The translations under genes and the position numbers were made by a program. DNA of 64,000 bases from a bacterium (lineage in GTDB: Bacteria; Hydrothermota; 32-111): NCBI GenBank assembly GCA_050239825.1, contig JBFXGO010000001.1, positions 32,001 through 96,000 of the forward strand, read 5' to 3'. Position 1 is the stretch's first letter. Every line of letters starts with the position of its first letter. The notes below the pieces were generated by a model that saw nothing but the letters and a program-made list of their open reading frames with translations, had not been told where the DNA came from and ran no database searches. Positions 57,235-64,000 of this stretch are shown in pieces.

Positions 57235-58572
57235 ATGAACTTGAGAATTTTTACTCTCATCCTGCTTCTGGCGGTTCTATCATCGTGCGCCTATTTTAAC
57301 ACATTCTATAATGCACGGAAATACTATGAAGACGGAGTGAGGCCTCTTGAAAATGGCGGGATAGTCAACAAATCCCTTCTCGACAGGTCGATAGAAAAAT
57401 CATCAAAAATTCTGCAGTTTCATTCAAAATCGGAATATGTCGACGATGCCCTTCTTCTGATAGGAAAATCATATATGTACACCGGCGAGTACACCAAAGC
57501 TATCAGGAAATTCACGGAGCTTCTTGATTATTTCCCGAATTCAAAATTTTCCGACGAGACGCTCTTTTTTATGGGCAAGACATATCTTCTTCAAGGTGAG
57601 AGCGAGGTGGCAAAGACGATCTTTAAGCAGGTTGTGGCGCGAAACAGGAAGTATCGCATAGAGGCCGTCTCCGAGTGCATAGAGATAATGCTTGAAAAAT
57701 CATCTCATGAAGAGGCAGACTCATTCATCAATCAGCTGTCAGACAGGGACAAAAAAAACAATAAGGTAAAATTTCTTTCCGGAAAGGTTAAGTGGACTTC
57801 CGGGCTTTATGATGAAGCATTGAGGTATCTGTTGAATGTGAATTCCGGAAAGCTTTCAAAGGACGATGGTTTCGACTACTATAGAATCATCACCGACCTC
57901 TATCTGAAAAAAAATGAGATAATAAAAGCTGAAAAATCAATAAACAATGGTATAAGAATTTTTCAGGATCATGCATACAAAAATTCCCTCTACCTGATGA
58001 AGGCAAAGATTCTAACTGCAAACAAAGAATATGAAAAAGCAGAGGAACTTCTCTCGGAAGTTCTCATACAACCGGGAGCAACCGCCAAGGATTCTCTTAT
58101 CTTTTTCAAAGGGATCCTATATGAAACTTATTTTTCGGATTATGAGAAGGCCCTTGAATCTTACAGGCAGATAGTGAATGAGGAAAAAAATTCAAAGCTC
58201 TTTGCAGAGGCAGAGATGAAGGTGAAATCTCTTGAACTCTTCATTTCTCTCTCAAATGATTCTCTGGGAGAAAATGTCGAACAAAATATCGAAAACAGAT
58301 TCCTTCTGGCGGAGATAAACTATCTGAATCTTGACAGAATCGATGAATCCATAATCAAATACAAGTCGATTGCCGATTCATTTCCCCAATCGGTTTATGC
58401 CCCCAAAAGTTTGTTTGCGCTTTCATATATTTATCTCAAGGATAAGAATGATTCTTTTTTGAGCGCTGAATACCTTAGCAGGATTACCGACAAATATCCG
58501 AATACGGAGTATTCTGTTTTAGCTGAAGAAAAACTAAAGGAGTTTAAACTTGCTCTCGACACTCTTAGATAA
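57235..58572 (+). CDS. TPR-repeat lipoprotein
   Basis: Lipobox LSSC, YFNTFYNA and multiple TPR units (FPNSKF, YPNTEY). Confidence 0.8.
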   Translation: MNLRIFTLILLLAVLSSCAYFNTFYNARKYYEDGVRPLENGGIVNKSLLDRSIEKSSKILQFHSKSEYVDDALLLIGKSYMYTGEYTKAIRKFTELLDYFPNSKFSDETLFFMGKTYLLQGESEVAKTIFKQVVARNRKYRIEAVSECIEIMLEKSSHEEADSFINQLSDRDKKNNKVKFLSGKVKWTSGLYDEALRYLLNVNSGKLSKDDGFDYYRIITDLYLKKNEIIKAEKSINNGIRIFQDHAYKNSLYLMKAKILTANKEYEKAEELLSEVLIQPGATAKDSLIFFKGILYETYFSDYEKALESYRQIVNEEKNSKLFAEAEMKVKSLELFISLSNDSLGENVEQNIENRFLLAEINYLNLDRIDESIIKYKSIADSFPQSVYAPKSLFALSYIYLKDKNDSFLSAEYLSRITDKYPNTEYSVLAEEKLKEFKLALDTLR

Positions 58573-59266
58573 ACAGGAATTGACAGAAAATATTTTTCTG
58601 ATGACTTTCAGCAGGAACGATGACTCTGTTTTATATCCGGGTCAGTTTCTAAGTATTCTCCATTCAAGCAGGGAGAAGATATTGAGAAGGCCGTTCTCTG
58701 TTTTCAGCTACACCGATAGAAAGGTATCAATTCTTGTGAAGAGAGTCGGAGGAGGCACGGATGCCATAACACAGATGCAGGTTGGATGCTCCGCAGATAT
58801 CCTCTGTCCTCTGGGTAAGGGATTTACCGAAACTCTTGACAGTGAAAAAACCCTCTTCATAGCAGGAGGGATAGGTATAGCAGGCATTTATTCTTTCATA
58901 GGACAAAGAAAAAATTCCAAGATAATATTCGGAGACAGGGAGGGAGAATTCGGAAAGGTGATTGAGTTTTTGAAAATTCAATGCCTCTATGCTTCTGAAA
59001 AGCAAGGTAAAGGCAGAACAGGAAGGGTGACGGATTTCATAGAAGCTTTTGATTTTGACACCATAGTCGCATGCGGTCCCAAAAAGATGCTCAAAGCAGT
59101 TAAGGATAAGGCAAACGGAAAAAGATATCTTGCCGTGTGCGAGGAGATAATGGCATGCGGAGTCGGACTCTGCAACGGGTGCATGGTCAAATACGATGAC
59201 AACACATTTTGCAGAGTGTGCGCCGACGGACCGGTGCTTGACGGCAACAGGATAGTATATGATTAA
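58550..59266 (+). CDS. pyrK: Dihydroorotate dehydrogenase electron transfer subunit
   Basis: PGQF, RRPFS, GGIG and MACGVGLCNGC...VCADGP motifs. Confidence 0.9.
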   Translation: MLSTLLDKQELTENIFLMTFSRNDDSVLYPGQFLSILHSSREKILRRPFSVFSYTDRKVSILVKRVGGGTDAITQMQVGCSADILCPLGKGFTETLDSEKTLFIAGGIGIAGIYSFIGQRKNSKIIFGDREGEFGKVIEFLKIQCLYASEKQGKGRTGRVTDFIEAFDFDTIVACGPKKMLKAVKDKANGKRYLAVCEEIMACGVGLCNGCMVKYDDNTFCRVCADGPVLDGNRIVYD

Positions 59267-60170
59267 TACTCAAATAAAGGTTGGAAAGACAATTCTCAAA
59301 AAACCGATTCTCGGCGCAAGCGGTTGTTCCGGCTGGGGAGAGGAGCTTGTCAGATTCAATGATTTTTCAAAAATAGGCGGTTTTGTCACAAAATCAATAA
59401 CACTAAATGAAAAGCGCGGCAATGAAATGCCGAGGATAATGGAGACATACGGAGGACTTCTCAATTCAATAGGGCTTGAGAACAAGGGAGTAGATTATTT
59501 CGTAAAAAACATTCTGCCGATTCTGAAGAATCTTCAATGCGCAAAATTCCTGAACATTGCGCCTTTTGAAAAAAACGAACTTGGAAAAATGATAGGAATT
59601 CTTGATTCTGAAGACGGATTCGACGGCTATGAGATAAACATCTCCTGTCCCAATGTTTCTCACGGAGGAATTTCTTTCAACGCATCGATTGAGGATGCCG
59701 TCTCTCTTATAAACGGGGCGCGGAAGATGACAGAGAGAACTCTTCTGTTAAAACTATCTCCCGCATATGAGAATTCTTTTCAGATCGGCAAGATAGCCGA
59801 AGACTGCGGATTTGACGGTCTGACATTCACCAACACTTATATTGGAACTGCGGTTGATATAAAAACAAAAAGCTTTGTCTTCAAAAACAAACAGGCGGGT
59901 TTGTCGGGTCCAGCAATAAAACCGCTCTCTCTTTTGAATGTCTTCAAAATGAAAAAAAGTGTGTCAATTCCCATTTTAGCCGCAGGGGGGGTCAGAACCG
60001 CAGATGATGTTTTGGAATTCTTAATTATAGGCGCATCAGCCGTACAGGTAGGAACTCAGCTTCTGATAGAGCCGGATATTCTTGAGAAGCTTTCCAATGG
60101 ACTTGAAGAGAGAATGAAAGAACTGAAGATTGAAGATATAAATAATCTTATCGGATCAATAAAGGAGTGA
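59259..60170 (+). CDS. pyrD: Dihydroorotate dehydrogenase (class 1B)
   Basis: NSIGLEN, NISCPNV, KLSP and GLSGPAIKP motifs. Confidence 0.93.
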   Translation: MINTQIKVGKTILKKPILGASGCSGWGEELVRFNDFSKIGGFVTKSITLNEKRGNEMPRIMETYGGLLNSIGLENKGVDYFVKNILPILKNLQCAKFLNIAPFEKNELGKMIGILDSEDGFDGYEINISCPNVSHGGISFNASIEDAVSLINGARKMTERTLLLKLSPAYENSFQIGKIAEDCGFDGLTFTNTYIGTAVDIKTKSFVFKNKQAGLSGPAIKPLSLLNVFKMKKSVSIPILAAGGVRTADDVLEFLIIGASAVQVGTQLLIEPDILEKLSNGLEERMKELKIEDINNLIGSIKE

Positions 60171-60172
60171 TA

Positions 60173-60904
60173 ATGAAGTTGAATGACAGACTGATAATCC
60201 CGCTTGATGTTGAGAAGTTGAGCGATGCTGAGAAGATTGTCCGTGAGCTTGAAGATTCCATAACCACTTACAAGGTGGGTCTTCAGCTGTACACAAGGGA
60301 AGGAAAAAAAGTAATTGAGATGCTTAAAAAATACGACAAATCTATTTTCCTTGACCTTAAGTTCCACGACATACCGAATACAGTAATGGGAGCAGTCAAA
60401 TCAGCGCTCGACCTTGGAGTCGACATGATGACAATTCACGCGATGGGCGGATTCGACATGATGGAGGGTGTTGCAAAGATGCTCTGGCAGAGAAAGAATG
60501 ACGGAAAACACACCCCCATAATTTTTGCCGTGACATTGCTGACATCTCTTGATTCGGCATTTCTTATGGATGTGATAGGCACTACGAATAGAACTGTGGA
60601 CGATGAGGTTGTCATACTCGCAGGCGCGGCGCAGTCTGCAGGTATAGCCGGAGTTGTGGCATCGCCTCAGGAGATAAAAAGCATCAGAAAGAAATATGGA
60701 AAAGAGCTTCTCATTCTGACACCGGGAATAAGACCGGCCGGAAGCGATAAAAATGACCAGCAGAGGACAGCCACTCCATTTTCTGCAATGAAGGATGGTG
60801 CGGATTTTATAGTGGTAGGCAGACCGATTCTTCAGGCAGAAGATAAGATAAAAGCTGTAAAAAACATACTAAGGGAGATGAAGGATGGACTTAAAGACTC
60901 TTGA
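60173..60904 (+). CDS. pyrF: Orotidine-5'-phosphate decarboxylase
   Basis: FLDLKFHDIPNT, TPGIR and VVGRPI motifs. Confidence 0.95.
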   Translation: MKLNDRLIIPLDVEKLSDAEKIVRELEDSITTYKVGLQLYTREGKKVIEMLKKYDKSIFLDLKFHDIPNTVMGAVKSALDLGVDMMTIHAMGGFDMMEGVAKMLWQRKNDGKHTPIIFAVTLLTSLDSAFLMDVIGTTNRTVDDEVVILAGAAQSAGIAGVVASPQEIKSIRKKYGKELLILTPGIRPAGSDKNDQQRTATPFSAMKDGADFIVVGRPILQAEDKIKAVKNILREMKDGLKDS

Positions 60905-61439
60905 AAAAGAGAATGTAATATTGAAGGGGCATTTCCTTCTGACAAGCGGGCTTCACTCTGACACCTATTTTGAGAAGTTCAGGCTTCTCGAAAATCCGAA
61001 GATTCTTGTTGAACTTGTCTCCAATGCGATAAAAAAAATGACATTCAGGGATATTGACTATGTGCTCGGACCGACCGTAGGAGGAATAGTCGTTGCTTAT
61101 GAATTTGCGCGCCAGCTAAAATGCAGGGCGGCGTATCTTGAAAAACGCGAAGACAAAATGGGTTTGTACAGGCAGACTCCGGTTTCGTCAAGTCACAGGC
61201 TTCTTTTAGTGGATGATGTTCTTACAACAGGAAAATCAATACATCAGATGATAGATGCGGTGAATGAAATGAAAGGAAACATAAAGGGAATAGCAGTTCT
61301 GATAGACAGAAGCAGAGACTCTAAATTCGACTGGCCTCTGTTTAGCGCCATGGCAGTTGAAGCAGAGATTTATGCACCGGAATCATGCAAACTGTGCGAC
61401 AAGAAAATTCCCATCGTGCGTCCCGGCGGAAAAAGATAA
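60885..61439 (+). CDS. pyrE: Orotate phosphoribosyltransferase
   Basis: GHFLLTSGLHS and VDDVLTTGKS motifs. Confidence 0.93.
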   Translation: MDLKTLEKENVILKGHFLLTSGLHSDTYFEKFRLLENPKILVELVSNAIKKMTFRDIDYVLGPTVGGIVVAYEFARQLKCRAAYLEKREDKMGLYRQTPVSSSHRLLLVDDVLTTGKSIHQMIDAVNEMKGNIKGIAVLIDRSRDSKFDWPLFSAMAVEAEIYAPESCKLCDKKIPIVRPGGKR

Positions 61440-61460
61440 AAATCAAAAAGGAGGATATAA

Positions 61461-62210
61461 ATGTCAGGACACAATAAGTGGAGCACAATCAAGAGAAAGA
61501 AGGCAGTGGAAGACAACAAGAGAGGCGCCATCTTTACAAAACTCATAAAGGAAATCACTCTTGCGGCAAGAGACGGCGGCGGAGACATTGAGAGCAACGC
61601 CAGACTCAGAGCGGCAGTAGCTTCGGCAAAGAAAGCCAACATGCCTGCGGACAATGTCGAGAGGGCAATAAAGAAGGGCACAGGAGAGCTTCCCGGCGTC
61701 ATTTATGAAGAGGTTACATACGGAGGCTATGGAGCAGGCGGAGCGGCCATTTTAGTTGATGTGGTCACAGATAACAAGAACAGAGCCACAAGCGAGATAC
61801 GTCACATATTCTCAAGATACGGGCGTGAGCTCGGCGATGTGAGCTCTGTTGCATGGATGTTCGACAGAAAGGGTCTCATAGAAGTCGACGGCACCAAGCA
61901 CAAGTTTGATGATATTCTGGAAGTCGCGATAGACGCAGGCGCCGAGGATGTTGTTGACGGCGGAGAAGTTATAAACATATATACGGCTCCCGAAGCCCTT
62001 TACAAGGTTAAAAAGATGCTGGATGAAAAGAAGATAGAATCTCATTCGGCAAATCTCACAAAGAAAGCCCAGTCCCTTGTTATTCTAAGCGAGAGCGATG
62101 CTTCAGTCATGATACGGCTAATGGATGCTCTTGAAGAGAATGATGATGTGCAGAATGTTTATTCAAACTTTGATGTGTCCGATGATGTTGCGGAGAAGCT
62201 CTCAAAGTGA
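61461..62210 (+). CDS. yebC: YebC/PmpR family protein
   Basis: MSGHNKWSTIK, TDNKNR and DDVQNVYSN motifs. Confidence 0.95.
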   Translation: MSGHNKWSTIKRKKAVEDNKRGAIFTKLIKEITLAARDGGGDIESNARLRAAVASAKKANMPADNVERAIKKGTGELPGVIYEEVTYGGYGAGGAAILVDVVTDNKNRATSEIRHIFSRYGRELGDVSSVAWMFDRKGLIEVDGTKHKFDDILEVAIDAGAEDVVDGGEVINIYTAPEALYKVKKMLDEKKIESHSANLTKKAQSLVILSESDASVMIRLMDALEENDDVQNVYSNFDVSDDVAEKLSK

Positions 62211-62665
62211 ATATAATCGGTTTTGACCCGAGCTTGAGGCAGACCGGATATGCCATTGTTGACGCGGAAAAGCAGAAGATTATAACTGCGGGAGTCATAA
62301 AGACAAATTCCGAAAAGGACCTCAATGAGAGAATCTTTGAGATATTCAGGAATGCCGGAGAAATTCTTGAAAAACATAATGTCTCCCACTCGGCTTTTGA
62401 AGAATCATTTTACCATAAAAATGTGCGCACCTCCAACATTCTCTCTCAGGTGAGAACCGCGCTTATCATCAGCTGTATGGAGCGGGGGCTTACCATCTCG
62501 GTCTTCTCCCCCAACAATATAAAAAAATGCGTCACAGGAAGAGGACACGCCTCAAAAGAGCAGGTTCTCTACATGATAAAACAGATATTTAAAATAACCG
62601 AGGATGTGCCTGACGATGTCTCGGATGCTCTTGCCATCGCATACACATTCCTTGCGAGGTCATAA
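62207..62665 (+). CDS. ruvC: Holliday junction resolvase RuvC
   Basis: IGFDPSLRQTGY, GHASKEQV and DDVSDALAIA motifs. Confidence 0.93.
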   Translation: MNIIGFDPSLRQTGYAIVDAEKQKIITAGVIKTNSEKDLNERIFEIFRNAGEILEKHNVSHSAFEESFYHKNVRTSNILSQVRTALIISCMERGLTISVFSPNNIKKCVTGRGHASKEQVLYMIKQIFKITEDVPDDVSDALAIAYTFLARS

Positions 62666-63225
62666 TGAACTCATTCATAAAGGGAACCCTTGTTCAGAAA
62701 ACCTTCTCATATATTGTGATTGAAAACAACGGAATAGGCTATATGATGAGAATTTCCCTCTCTTCTTATGACAAACTTCCGCCGACCGGCGAGGATGCAA
62801 TGCTACTAACATTCCTGTCGATAAAAAACGAAGAGGTGTCAATCTACGGTTTTTCTGATGAGAAGGAGAGGTCTCTTTTTTTAAAGCTTATTGATATACC
62901 CAAGATCGGCCCAAAGACTGCGCTTTCTATTTTCAATGCGATGACTCCTGAGGATTTTGAGGGATTTGTATTAATGAGAAACAGCGCATCAATCGCAAAG
63001 GCAAAGGGCATAAGCAGAAAGACGGCTGAAACGATAGTTCTGGAGCTTTCAGGAAAAATATCTGCTGATGGAGCGCGGATTGCCAATGACGCATACGATG
63101 CGCTTCTGGCATTGGGATTCACGGTCAAGGATATTGATGCGGTAATCAAAGATGTTATGGATTCTGTTGAAGACAAGACTGACACTGAAAACATTGTCAA
63201 AGAAGCATTGAAGAGGCTCAGATGA
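62665..63225 (+). CDS. ruvA: Holliday junction branch migration protein RuvA
   Basis: NGIGY, IYGF, IGPKTAL and ALLALGF motifs. Confidence 0.93.
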   Translation: MNSFIKGTLVQKTFSYIVIENNGIGYMMRISLSSYDKLPPTGEDAMLLTFLSIKNEEVSIYGFSDEKERSLFLKLIDIPKIGPKTALSIFNAMTPEDFEGFVLMRNSASIAKAKGISRKTAETIVLELSGKISADGARIANDAYDALLALGFTVKDIDAVIKDVMDSVEDKTDTENIVKEALKRLR

Positions 63226-64000
63226 ACAAAGAGATAATCACATCCTCAAAACTGATGGAGGATGCGGAGATAGAGGAATCCCTAAGACCGAAGAAACTTA
63301 GTAATTTTGTCGGTCAGAGCCGTTTAAAAGAGAATCTCGAAATAGCTATAGAATCCGCAAAAAGGAGAGATGACATTCTCGACCACATCCTTTTTTTCGG
63401 TCCTCCCGGTTTGGGAAAGACAACTCTTTCATACATTGTGGCAAATGAAATGAATGTAAAAATATACTCAACAAGCGGCCCTGTGCTTGAACGGCCTGGC
63501 GACCTTGCCGGAGTGCTTACAAAGCTTGAGAAGGGAGATATACTTTTCATAGATGAAATTCACAGGATAAACAGGGTGGTTGAAGAGTATCTTTATCCTG
63601 CAATGGAGGATTTTGCCATAGACATTCTTATTGATTCCGGTCCCTCTGCGAGGAGCGTCAAGCTGAAGCTGAAACCATTCACACTCATAGGCGCAACGAC
63701 AAGAAGCGGTCTTTTGACTGCTCCCATGAGGTCCAGATTCGGCATGTCGACCCGTCTTGACTTTTACAATGATTCGGATATTGCCGAGATTCTTAAACGG
63801 TCAGCAAAGATACTGAAAATTGAGTCGGATGAAGACGGATTTTTTGAAATAGCAAAAAGGTCCCGCGGGACTCCGAGAATCGCCAATCGTCTTTTAAAGA
63901 GAGTAAGAGACTATGCCGTGGTAAAGTCCGACGGAACAATAAACAAAGAGAAGGCAGAAAAGGCAATGGAGACCCTTGATGTTGACTCCCTCGGGCTCGA
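63222..64000 (+). CDS. ruvB: Holliday junction DNA helicase RuvB (3'-truncated by window edge)
   Basis: ATG 63222; LRPK...[25 protein letters not shown] and [13 protein letters not shown] motifs. Confidence 0.95.
   Translation, partial: MNKEIITSSKLMEDAEIEESLRPKKLSNFVGQSRLKENLEIAIESAKRRDDILDHILFFGPPGLGKTTLSYIVANEMNVKIYSTSGPVLERPGDLAGVLTKLEKGDILFIDEIHRINRVVEEYLYPAMEDFAIDILIDSGPSARSVKLKLKPFTLIGATTRSGLLTAPMRSRFGMSTRLDFYNDSDIAEILKRSAKILKIESDEDGFFEIAKRSRGTPRIANRLLKRVRDYAVVKSDGTINKEKAEKAMETLDVDSLGL

Overview
AT-rich bacterial chromosomal window. Several proteins carry T9SS/Por-type C-terminal sorting tails, which suggests an FCB-related candidate lineage such as WOR-3/TA06 (inference only). From left to right it contains: (1) the tail of a probable defence island, with an ApeA-like HEPN gene coupled to an amino-DNA-methyltransferase; (2) a decayed peptide-antibiotic ABC exporter; (3) housekeeping genes (GT4, J-domain/Roadblock/ComEC, M29 aminopeptidase, MBL hydrolases, xerD); (4) a 1422-aa coiled-coil protein; (5) a nucleotide-sugar/capsule precursor operon ending in an sxtI/J/K-like trio; (6) a PUA-like-DUF559 nuclease and neuB; (7) a plastic cluster of secreted-protein genes, in which the two ends of a gutted IS256 enclose a complete LVIVD-repeat gene cassette and interrupt a C25-propeptide gene; (8) an NtrC two-component pair and lemA; (9) a DUF2207 gene cut off by a ~1.15-kb non-coding mosaic of structured repeats; (10) an unannotated 38-aa Lys/Ala-rich protein; (11) two soluble-adenylyl-cyclase-like STAND/TPR proteins; (12) an SGNH/MBOAT pair, then pyrKDFE-yebC-ruvCAB. 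No rRNA, tRNA or CRISPR array was seen. All calls are from motif recognition by eye; no searches were run.
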